DNA from: an uncultured Mycoplasmatota bacterium
GTDB taxonomy: Bacteria > Bacillota_I > Bacilli_A > RF39 > UBA660
Assembly (NCBI GenBank): GCA_946402735.1
Contig: CAMIXH010000001.1
Location: 239,175-303,174, forward strand
Length of the DNA: 64,000 nucleotides
Direction of reading: 5' to 3'
Within the stretch, counting starts at the first letter, position 1. Each line of letters opens with the position of its first letter. The notes under the pieces were generated by a model. It did not search any database and had not been told where the DNA came from. It saw only the letters and a list, made by a program, of their open reading frames with translations. Made by a program: the position numbers and the translations under genes. This document shows, one piece after another, positions 56,461 through 64,000 of this stretch.

Positions 56461-58734
56461 ATGGAAAGGGATTTTTTTAATGACATTATCGTTGTAAAAC
56501 GTAGTGGTCAAAGGGTTAACTTTAATGATGCTAAAGTTGCCATAGCTATTAAAAAAGGTTTTGATAGCGTTTACGATGAATACGATGAAAAGAACGTAAA
56601 CAAAGTAAAAGAAAAAGTACTTGAGCAAATTGCTAAAGATTATAAAGATAGAAAGACAATTGGAGTAGAAGATATTCAAGATATAATTGAACATACTCTA
56701 CAAAAATTAAAATATGATGATGTTTATGAATCATTTAAAGGGTATAGAGAAAGAAGAGCAGCATCTAGAGATGCATTCGTAGTTAAACAACAACACAAGT
56801 TTGTTAAAGCTATTGAGTCACTTGGACTTAAGACATCAAGTGAAGAAGATGCAAAAAGAGAAAATGCAAATGTTGATGGCGATGGACCAATGGGAACAAT
56901 GTTACACTTTGGTTCAACTGTATCAAGAGAATTTGCTAAGGCATATTTAATGGATAGTAAATATGCTCGTGCTCATGATGAAGGTGCTATTCATATCCAT
57001 GACTTAGATTTCTGGGCTATGGGTACTACAACTTGTACACAAATCGATTTAAATAAATTATTTAAGAATGGTTTTTCTACAGGACATGGATTCTTAAGAA
57101 CACCAAATTCAATTACATCATATACAGCACTTGCTGCTATAGCTATTCAAGCTAATCAAAATGAACAACATGGTGGACAAAGTATTCCAGCATTTGATTA
57201 TTATATGGCTCCTGGAGTTCTTAAAACATTTAAAAAACAATTTAAACAAGAATTAAATGATTTAATGGAATTTGAAGGATTCAAAGCATTTGTTAATTTT
57301 GATAAAGTAATTGAAATAATAGATGGTTTAGAACATATAGAATTTGATTTAAATATATTTAGTGATTTTACTTCAAAGAGTAAGAGATTAGAAGAAATAT
57401 TTGCTGCTGCTTATGATATAGCATTAAAGAAAACTGATAGACAAACATATCAAGCAATGGAAGCATTTATTCACAATTTAAATACAATGCATTCAAGAGC
57501 TGGAGCTCAAGTTCCATTTAGTTCAGTAAACTTTGGAACAGATTTAAGTCCAGAAGGAAGAATGGTTATTAGAAATTATCTTTTAGCAACTGAAGCAGGA
57601 CTTGGACATGGAGAAACTCCAATATTCCCAATTTCAATATTTAAGGTTAAAGAAGGAGTTAACTACTTTAAAGAAGATCCTAACTATGATTTATTTAGAC
57701 TTGCTTGTAGAGTTTCTGCTAAGAGATTATTCCCTAACTTCTCATTCTTAGATGCTTCATTTAATAAGGCATTCTTGGTGCCAGGAGACTATCAAACTGA
57801 GGTTGGATACATGGGATGTAGAACAAGAGTTCTTGCTAATGTATGTGGACCAGCAGTAACACCTGGAAGAGGAAACTTAAGTTTCACATCAATTAACTTA
57901 CCAAGAATTGGTATTAAACATGGAATTGCTCTAGGAGAGAGAAAGAAAGCTGATATGGATGCTTTCTATAAAGAATTAGATGAAACAATGGATTTAGTTA
58001 AAGGACAATTACTTCAAAGATTTGATTGTCAATGTTCAAAAACAAGAGCTAACTTTAAATTCCTACTTGGTAGTCATGTTTGGATTAATAGTGAAAATAT
58101 GGATAACACTACAAGACTTAGAACAGTTCTTAAACATGGAACACTATCAATTGGATTTATAGGACTAGCTGAAACATTAAAAGCACTTGTTGGTGAACAT
58201 CATGGTGAAAGTGATAAGGCACAAAAATTAGGTGTTGAAATCATTGAGCACATGAGAAAGAAATGTGATGAATATTGCAAAGAATACAATCTTAACTTTA
58301 CTTGCTTAGCAACACCAGCTGAAGGATTAAGTGGAAGATTTGTAGCAATAGATAGATCAATTTATGGAAAATTAAAAGGTATTACAGATAGAGATTATTA
58401 TACTAACTCATTCCATGTACCAGTTTATTATAAAACTAGTGTTAAACATAAAATGGAAATTGAAGGAGTATATCATAAACTTACAAATGCAGGACATATT
58501 TCATATGTTGAACTTGATGGTGATACAGTAAATAATGTTGATGCATTTGAAAATGTTGTTAGGATTATGCATGACTCTGATATAGGATATGGAGCTATTA
58601 ACCATCCAGTTGATAGAGATCCAGTATGTGGATATGTTGGAGTTATAAAGGATGTATGTCCTAGATGTGGTCGTCATGAAAATGAAGGCGTAGAAATGGA
58701 AAAAGTGAATTGCTACGACTGTTATTGTCGTTAA
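56461..58734 (+). CDS. nrdD: anaerobic ribonucleoside-triphosphate reductase (class III RNR) large polypeptide, ending after the zinc ribbon
   Basis: 757 aa. ATP-cone N-terminus, the class III RNR core, and a C-terminal zinc ribbon (CPRCG…CYDCYC). Ends at a TAA before the glycyl-radical motif. Confidence 0.9.
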   Translation: MERDFFNDIIVVKRSGQRVNFNDAKVAIAIKKGFDSVYDEYDEKNVNKVKEKVLEQIAKDYKDRKTIGVEDIQDIIEHTLQKLKYDDVYESFKGYRERRAASRDAFVVKQQHKFVKAIESLGLKTSSEEDAKRENANVDGDGPMGTMLHFGSTVSREFAKAYLMDSKYARAHDEGAIHIHDLDFWAMGTTTCTQIDLNKLFKNGFSTGHGFLRTPNSITSYTALAAIAIQANQNEQHGGQSIPAFDYYMAPGVLKTFKKQFKQELNDLMEFEGFKAFVNFDKVIEIIDGLEHIEFDLNIFSDFTSKSKRLEEIFAAAYDIALKKTDRQTYQAMEAFIHNLNTMHSRAGAQVPFSSVNFGTDLSPEGRMVIRNYLLATEAGLGHGETPIFPISIFKVKEGVNYFKEDPNYDLFRLACRVSAKRLFPNFSFLDASFNKAFLVPGDYQTEVGYMGCRTRVLANVCGPAVTPGRGNLSFTSINLPRIGIKHGIALGERKKADMDAFYKELDETMDLVKGQLLQRFDCQCSKTRANFKFLLGSHVWINSENMDNTTRLRTVLKHGTLSIGFIGLAETLKALVGEHHGESDKAQKLGVEIIEHMRKKCDEYCKEYNLNFTCLATPAEGLSGRFVAIDRSIYGKLKGITDRDYYTNSFHVPVYYKTSVKHKMEIEGVYHKLTNAGHISYVELDGDTVNNVDAFENVVRIMHDSDIGYGAINHPVDRDPVCGYVGVIKDVCPRCGRHENEGVEMEKVNCYDCYCR

Positions 58735-58761
58735 TATAGGAAAGGAAAGAGGTAATAAAAA

Positions 58762-58919
58762 AATGGAAAAGGATGTTAAAAAAACTAAAATGGTTGGTGA
58801 AGGAGTAAAATTTGAAAGAATTAGAAGAATCACTGGCTATCTTGTTGGAACTCTAGATAGATTTAATAATGCTAAAAAAGCTGAAGTAACTGACAGAGTA
58901 ACTCATGCAACAAAATAAT
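58762..58919 (+). CDS. NrdD glycyl-radical C-terminal segment encoded as a separate 52-aa ORF
   Basis: MEKDVKKTKMVGEGVKFERIRRITGYLVGTLDRFNNAKKAEVTDRVTHATK resembles the E. coli NrdD C-terminus (RRVCGYLGSPDARPFNAGKQEEVKRRVKH). Same frame as nrdD and separated by a single TAA. Own RBS AAGGAAAGAGG. Confidence 0.6.
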
Positions 58920-59480
58920 AAGGCAGAATATATTCGCTTAGCAGCAGACTTACAAAGTGATAGTATCGTTGATGGACCAGGTTTAAGAACAGTAATCTGG
59001 ACTCAAGGATGCTCTCATCATTGTAAAGGATGCCAAAATCCCCAAACATGGGATTTTAATGGTGGCGGTCTAGTAAAAGTTGATGATGTACTAGAAGCTA
59101 TAGATGAACTTGAATGTCAAACAGGTATTACATTTAGTGGTGGAGATCCAATGTTTCAAGTTGAAGCATGTAATAGAATAGCTGAATATTGTAAGGATAA
59201 AGGTTATAATATTTGGGTATATACTGGATTTACATATGAAGAAGTACTTAAACTTGCTGAAAAGAATCCTACATATATTGATTTTCTTAATAAAATCGAT
59301 GTTCTTGTTGATGGAAGATTCATTTTAGAAGAAAGAGATTTAAGTTTATTATTTAGAGGTAGTAGAAATCAAAGATTAATAGATATGCCAAAAACACTAG
59401 AAAGTGGAAAAGTAGTATTATTAAATGAATATGAGTACAACGAAGAAAAATTCTTTGAAAGAGTACCAATGTTTGTATAA
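58905..59480 (+). CDS. nrdG: anaerobic ribonucleotide reductase activating protein (radical SAM)
   Basis: IVDGPGLRTVIWTQGCSHHCKGCQN cluster motif. Overlaps the small ORF by 15 nt. Confidence 0.9.
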   Translation: MQQNNKAEYIRLAADLQSDSIVDGPGLRTVIWTQGCSHHCKGCQNPQTWDFNGGGLVKVDDVLEAIDELECQTGITFSGGDPMFQVEACNRIAEYCKDKGYNIWVYTGFTYEEVLKLAEKNPTYIDFLNKIDVLVDGRFILEERDLSLLFRGSRNQRLIDMPKTLESGKVVLLNEYEYNEEKFFERVPMFV

Positions 59481-59506
59481 GACGTTTGACAAAACGTCTT
59501 TTTTTA
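59480..59506 (+). terminator. rho-independent terminator after nrdG
   Basis: Hairpin AGACGTTT-gaca-AAACGTCT plus a T7 run. Confidence 0.7.
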
Positions 59507-59540
59507 TTTATAATACGCCTTATTAAAAAGAGGTGCTAAC

Positions 59541-59951
59541 ATGTTAGGCAAACAAAATCTAATTAGAACTGTAAGTGAACAAATTAAAATGATTACTGAT
59601 AGAATTGAAGCTATTGAAAATCATAATACAGATGAAACTATGGAAGAAGTAAGTGAACTATACAAAGAAAAAAGAATGCTAGAATTATTTAAATGTGATT
59701 TAGAAGATGGTACTCACTTAGTACATATTGAAGAACTAGAAAGAAGAATAGACGTTCAAAGTGCAAAAATAAATGAAGCTAAAAATAGATATTATAGAGA
59801 AAAATTATTACATAATCACAAAGGAATGAGAAGAGAAACAAGAAAAATGAGAATAGCTCATAATAAGATGAAAATAGCTCAAGTTTATCTAAATTATCTA
59901 TATAGAAAAGATAATAAAAGAGGAGTTAAAAAAAGAAAGCATACTTTATAG
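59541..59951 (+). CDS. hypothetical coiled-coil protein with basic C-terminus
   Basis: 136 aa with RBS AAAGAGGTG and -10 TTTATAAT upstream. Confidence 0.45.
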   Translation: MLGKQNLIRTVSEQIKMITDRIEAIENHNTDETMEEVSELYKEKRMLELFKCDLEDGTHLVHIEELERRIDVQSAKINEAKNRYYREKLLHNHKGMRRETRKMRIAHNKMKIAQVYLNYLYRKDNKRGVKKRKHTL

Positions 59952-60007
59952 GTGTAGAAATACATCTATTTTTATGATAAAATTACAAATGAAAAGAGGT
60001 GTTATTT

Positions 60008-61291
60008 ATGTTTATAGATGAAGTTAATCTTAAACTAGTAGCTGGTAAAGGTGGAGATGGATGCACCTCATTTTTACGTGAAAAATATGTTCCACTAGGA
60101 GGACCTGATGGTGGTAATGGTGGAAAAGGTGGTAACATTGTTTTTCGTGCTGATAAAGGACTTAGAACTTTAATTGATTTAAGATATAGAAAATTATTAA
60201 AAGCAGATTCAGGAAGTAATGGTCAAGGAAGAAATAAAACTGGAGAATCTGCTGAAGATACTATTGTAGTAGTACCAGTTGGAACAACTATAAAAGATGT
60301 AGATACTAATTTAATAGTGTGCGATTTAACTGAAGATAACCAAGAATGCATAGTTTGTAAAGGTGGACGTGGTGGTAGAGGAAATGCTTCATTTAAAAGT
60401 AATAAAAATAAAGCACCATATACTAGTGAACTAGGTGAGCCAGGAGAAGAAAGAAATGTTCAAGTAGAACTTCATTTACTTGCTGATGTTGGATTAGTTG
60501 GTTTTCCATCTGTTGGAAAAAGTTCAATCATTAGTGTTATAAGTGCAGCTAAACCTAAAATAGCAGATTATCATTTCACAACATTAGTTCCAAATCTTGG
60601 AGTAGTTAAAGCAGGAGACTATAGTTATGTAGTAGCAGACTTACCTGGTTTAATTGAAGGAGCTAGTGAAGGAGTAGGCCTAGGAGATAAATTCTTAAAA
60701 CATATTAGTCGTTGTAAGATAATATGTCATGTACTAGATATGGCTGAGGCTGATCATAGAGATGTTATTGAAGACTATAAAATTATAAGAAATGAACTTA
60801 AAAAATATAGTGAAGCACTATTTAATAAAAAAGAAATAATTATTGCTAATAAAATGGATATAGATGGTTCTAAAGAGAATCTAGAAAGATTTAAAAGTGA
60901 ATATCCAGATTTAGAAGTAATAGAAATAAGTGCAGCAACTAAAATGGGTATTAATGAATTTATATATAAAATAAAAGATATTCTAATAAGTATGCCTGAT
61001 GAAGAAGTATATAAACAAGAAGAATTTGAAGACTATGTTTTATATGAATTTAAACATGAAAAACCATATAAGATTATTCATGAAGGAGAACATACTTGGG
61101 TACTTGAGGGTGAAGAGTTAGAAAAACTACTTAAGATGACTAGATTTAACTCTGATGAATCAGCATTAAGATTTGCTAAAAAGTTAAAAGGTCTAGGAAT
61201 AGATGATGAATTAAAATCTCTTGGAGCACAAGAAGGAGATACTGTTAGAATACTAGATCAAGAATTTGAATATGAAGAAAGACTATATTAG
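60008..61291 (+). CDS. obg: GTPase Obg/CgtA
   Basis: N-terminal Gly-rich Obg fold (GGDGGNGGKGG), G domain (GFPSVGKSS, DLPG, NKMD), and a C-terminal OCT/TGS-like domain. ATG at 60008 after RBS AGAGGTG. Confidence 0.9.
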   Translation: MFIDEVNLKLVAGKGGDGCTSFLREKYVPLGGPDGGNGGKGGNIVFRADKGLRTLIDLRYRKLLKADSGSNGQGRNKTGESAEDTIVVVPVGTTIKDVDTNLIVCDLTEDNQECIVCKGGRGGRGNASFKSNKNKAPYTSELGEPGEERNVQVELHLLADVGLVGFPSVGKSSIISVISAAKPKIADYHFTTLVPNLGVVKAGDYSYVVADLPGLIEGASEGVGLGDKFLKHISRCKIICHVLDMAEADHRDVIEDYKIIRNELKKYSEALFNKKEIIIANKMDIDGSKENLERFKSEYPDLEVIEISAATKMGINEFIYKIKDILISMPDEEVYKQEEFEDYVLYEFKHEKPYKIIHEGEHTWVLEGEELEKLLKMTRFNSDESALRFAKKLKGLGIDDELKSLGAQEGDTVRILDQEFEYEERLY

Positions 61292-61305
61292 TTATAGTCT
61301 TTTAA

Positions 61306-61334
61306 TTTGACAATTTTATATTATTTTGCTATAA
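61306..61334 (+). promoter_or_regulatory. consensus sigma-A promoter TTGACA-17 nt-TATAAT
   Basis: TTGACA at 61306-61311 and TATAAT at 61329-61334. RBS AAAGGGGGAAAA before the ATG at 61367. Confidence 0.55.
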
Positions 61335-61366
61335 TTAAACTCGTTTTCTAAAAAGGGGGAAAATAT

Positions 61367-61927
61367 ATGCCAAAAGAAGAAGTACAAGAAGTAACAATGG
61401 AAGATATTGTTGAACAATTATTTTATGAAACAGAAGAACAAAGACAAGAACGTTTACAAGAAAAATATCAAATAAATGATCCAGGAGATATAGATAAATT
61501 ATTAGCTTCATCGTTATCATATAAAGATAAATTAATCTTATTACATAAAGAACAATCAAGAGTAACTTCATTAAGTGAAGAAATGCAAGAAGCTGAGTAT
61601 AAGTTTAAAAATACTAGATACTTTATAGATAAAATGTTAGAGGCATGCCAAGAAATCAAAAATGATTTGAAATTTGATATACCTGTATCTATTGGTGGAA
61701 TAGCTATTAGTGCTGGAACTTTTTATCAATTAAGTAAGTTCTTAGAAGCACATAGATTTACTCAATTAAGCCTAGATCAATTTGGTGGTTTATTATTTGG
61801 AGGAGTATTTGCTCCACTAGTCGGTTTAATCTATACATACTATACAGTTAAAGAAGTATCAACATTAAGAGATTATAAAAAACAAATTAATTCTTATAAT
61901 AGAAAATTAAAAAGAAGAAGACAATAA
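61367..61927 (+). CDS. hypothetical protein with acidic N-terminal region and C-terminal TM helices
   Basis: 186 aa. C-terminal hydrophobic segments IGGIAISAGTFYQL and GGLLFGGVFAPLVGLIYTYY. Confidence 0.45.
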   Translation: MPKEEVQEVTMEDIVEQLFYETEEQRQERLQEKYQINDPGDIDKLLASSLSYKDKLILLHKEQSRVTSLSEEMQEAEYKFKNTRYFIDKMLEACQEIKNDLKFDIPVSIGGIAISAGTFYQLSKFLEAHRFTQLSLDQFGGLLFGGVFAPLVGLIYTYYTVKEVSTLRDYKKQINSYNRKLKRRRQ

Positions 61928-61985
61928 AATGTCTTTTTTTTATTGTCAAAAATTGGTATAATTTTAATGTTAGGGAGTGGACTTT

Positions 61986-62510
61986 ATGGTTGAGAATTAT
62001 ATGCCTGATATATATCAAAAAAGTATTTATTATATAAATTACGATAAACTATACAAAAAGGGTATCCGTTGTATTATTTTTGACTTGGATAATACAATTG
62101 CTCCTCCACATGTAAAAAAGCCTACTAAGAGGCTAAAAAAGCTTTTTGATGAGCTAAAAGATAAAGGATTTAAAATAATAATTATGTCTAATAGTCCAAA
62201 ACATAGAATTGAACCATTTAAGTCTAGTTTATATGTTGATGCATGTGCATTTTCGCTAAAACCTAGAAAAAACAAATATGAAAGAATAATGGAAAAATTT
62301 AAATATAAAGCAACAGAAGTAGCAGCAGTAGGGGATCAATTATTAACAGATATTTATGGAGCTAATAAATTAGATATAACATCTATATTAGTTAATCCAT
62401 TAACTCCTCATGATTATACTATTACTTTTGTTTATAGAATGATTGAAAAAATAATATATTCTAGATTAGAGAAAAAAGATTTATTTTTAAGGGGAAAATA
62501 TTATGAATAG
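61986..62510 (+). CDS. yqeG: HAD-superfamily (subfamily IIIA, YqeG-like) phosphatase
   Basis: IIFDLDNTIA (DxDxT motif) and the conserved yqeG-yqeH neighbourhood. The track start at 61977 is GTG. ATG at 61986 after RBS AGGGAGTGG is preferred. Confidence 0.7.
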   Translation: MVENYMPDIYQKSIYYINYDKLYKKGIRCIIFDLDNTIAPPHVKKPTKRLKKLFDELKDKGFKIIIMSNSPKHRIEPFKSSLYVDACAFSLKPRKNKYERIMEKFKYKATEVAAVGDQLLTDIYGANKLDITSILVNPLTPHDYTITFVYRMIEKIIYSRLEKKDLFLRGKYYE

Positions 62511-63528
62511 TTTTGAAGATTTAATGGAAGATAAAAAATGTTTAGGATGTGGAAGTACTCTTCAAACTGATGATGTTGATAAAGAAGGTTTTGTTAAATC
62601 TAGTGTATATGAAAAAAGTGACTATTGTGAAAGATGCTTCAAAATAATGCACTATGGAGAATATAGTGTCCTTGATAAAAAGATAGATACTGATGGTATT
62701 ATTAGAAATATTAATTCAGATGAATATGCATCAGTAGCATTTTTGGTTGATTCTTTAAATATAAATGAAAAAATAAAATCATATATTAATAAATTCAATG
62801 TAAATAAATATATCTTAATTACTAAAAAGGATGTATTACCAAAAAGTTTAAAAGAAAAGAAACTAATTGAATATGTTAAAAATAATATTTTTGATAGTGA
62901 AAATATCATGTGTATTTCAAGTATTAAAAATTATAATATAGATGCTTTTCTAAAAAGAATAGATAATGATAATGTAAGAAGACTATATATAGTAGGTTTT
63001 ACTAATAGTGGCAAGAGTACATTTATAAATCATTTATTAACTAGTTGTTTAAAGAAACCAACTATTACTACAAGTTCTATTCCAAATACAACAGCTTCTT
63101 ATATAACTATTAAATTATCAAATAAACTAACTATTGTAGATACTCCAGGATTTATAGATAATAATGCTATATATAATTTTGTTGATTATCAAAAAGTAGT
63201 AAAATTATATCCAAAAAAAGAAATAAAAGTTAAAACATTTCAAACAAGAAGTGGTTATGCTATTGTAGTAAATAATGTTTTAAGAATAGAAAACATTGGA
63301 TCAAAAAGCAATAGTATAAGTTTTTATATGAATGATAAATTAAGATATGAAAAGATCAAATCTAAAAATGATAAACTTACAATTTTACCTAGTGTTAATT
63401 ATGAGATAACAGAACCAACTGATATTTTAATAAATGGACTTGGTTTTGTTAGAATTACTAAACCAGGTAATATTAGAGTTCATGCTTTAGATTTAAAACT
63501 AATATCTAAAAGAAAGAGTATGATTTAA
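62503..63528 (+). CDS. yqeH: ribosome biogenesis GTPase YqeH (circularly permuted GTPase with N-terminal zinc finger)
   Basis: CLGCGSTLQ…CERCF zinc finger, permuted G motifs (ITKKD…; GFTNSGKSTFIN; DTPG). Overlaps the yqeG stop. Confidence 0.8.
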   Translation: MNSFEDLMEDKKCLGCGSTLQTDDVDKEGFVKSSVYEKSDYCERCFKIMHYGEYSVLDKKIDTDGIIRNINSDEYASVAFLVDSLNINEKIKSYINKFNVNKYILITKKDVLPKSLKEKKLIEYVKNNIFDSENIMCISSIKNYNIDAFLKRIDNDNVRRLYIVGFTNSGKSTFINHLLTSCLKKPTITTSSIPNTTASYITIKLSNKLTIVDTPGFIDNNAIYNFVDYQKVVKLYPKKEIKVKTFQTRSGYAIVVNNVLRIENIGSKSNSISFYMNDKLRYEKIKSKNDKLTILPSVNYEITEPTDILINGLGFVRITKPGNIRVHALDLKLISKRKSMI

Positions 63529-64000
63529 ATGGGAAAGATTGAGGTAATGAATGATTCCTTAATTAACAAGATTGCTGCTGGTGAAGTAGTAGAAAGAATA
63601 TGTAATGTTGTTAAGGAACTTGTTGAAAATAGTATTGATGCTTCAAGTAAAAATATTAAAGTTGAGTTAATTGATAGTGGTGTTAAATCAATTAAAGTAA
63701 TTGATGATGGAGTAGGTATGTCAAGAGATGATGCAACTTTATGTTTTAGTAGACATGCCACTAGTAAATTAAAAAGTGAAAATGATTTATATTTTATAAA
63801 TACTCTTGGTTTTAGAGGCGAAGCACTTGCAGCTATTAGTGCTGTTAGTAATACTACACTTGATACTTATAATGGTGAAGAGAGTACTTTTGTTAATATA
63901 AAAGCAGGTAAGATTATTGAAACTAAAGAAGGTAGTAAAAGAAAAGGAACAATTGTTGAAGTAAAAGAATTATTCTATAATACTCCGGCTAGGTTAAAGT
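63529..64000 (+). CDS. mutL: DNA mismatch repair protein MutL, N-terminal part (3' end outside window)
   Basis: GHKL ATPase motifs IAAGEVVERICNVVKELVENSIDA, DDGVGM and TLGFRGEAL. The alternative start at 63547 (MNDSLINKIAAGEV) has RBS GAGG. Confidence 0.85.
   Translation, partial: MGKIEVMNDSLINKIAAGEVVERICNVVKELVENSIDASSKNIKVELIDSGVKSIKVIDDGVGMSRDDATLCFSRHATSKLKSENDLYFINTLGFRGEALAAISAVSNTTLDTYNGEESTFVNIKAGKIIETKEGSKRKGTIVEVKELFYNTPARLK

Noticed and set aside
58618-58650. 'VCGY' inside the main NrdD ORF (DPVCGYVGV) as the glycyl-radical site
   Set aside because: It sits before or within the Cys4 zinc ribbon (CPRC…CYDC). In class III RNRs the radical Gly (RxxGY) lies after the zinc ribbon. 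The true motif RRITGY is in the downstream 52-aa ORF.
1-64000. CRISPR arrays, IS elements/transposases, rRNA genes, prophage
   Set aside because: No regularly spaced direct repeats, transposase or integrase-like ORFs, or rRNA signatures were seen anywhere in the window.

Overview
AT-rich (~27-30% GC) chromosomal segment of a low-GC Gram-positive (Bacillota; Erysipelotrichia/Mollicutes-like lineage). The lineage call rests on PolC, the yqeG-yqeH-obg neighbourhood, T-box leaders, and a tmRNA tag ending in AFA. Almost all genes are on the + strand and the segment is dense with housekeeping genes. In order: murG(partial)-divIB, a strongly expressed type IV major-pilin gene, nfo, a minus-strand SDR/YnbB pair, two tandem paralogous lipoproteins, rpmG (missed by the ORF track), efp, and a T-box-controlled dut-tyrS operon. 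Next come a CPBP protease, a tmRNA gene (ssrA), and a large cadherin-like/Big_2 surface protein. Then tRNA-Gln and tRNA-Thr, a lysA-family decarboxylase, gpmI, T-box-lysS, polC, a divergent secA, and a membrane-anchored serpin. Further on: a second pilin, uvrA, mscS, lepA, pilC-pilD (type IV pilus platform and prepilin peptidase) with an adjacent kinase-like gene, T-box-ileS, nrdD-nrdG, obg, yqeG, yqeH, and mutL (partial). No CRISPR array, transposase, integrase or rRNA was seen. The most unusual observations are below. (1) nrdD is interrupted by a single in-frame TAA, so the glycyl-radical segment is encoded as a separate 52-aa ORF with its own RBS. (2) A signal-anchored bacterial serpin with a Cys/acidic insertion and a Gly-rich reactive loop. 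(3) A dispersed type IV pilus/Com-like system with a kinase-like gene next to the prepilin peptidase. (4) A TM-anchored PTS EIIB(Glc)-like domain that lacks the catalytic cysteine. (5) A compositionally atypical gene with a consensus promoter just downstream of the tRNA pair. (6) A secreted glucosaminidase paired with a tightly coupled unknown gene.
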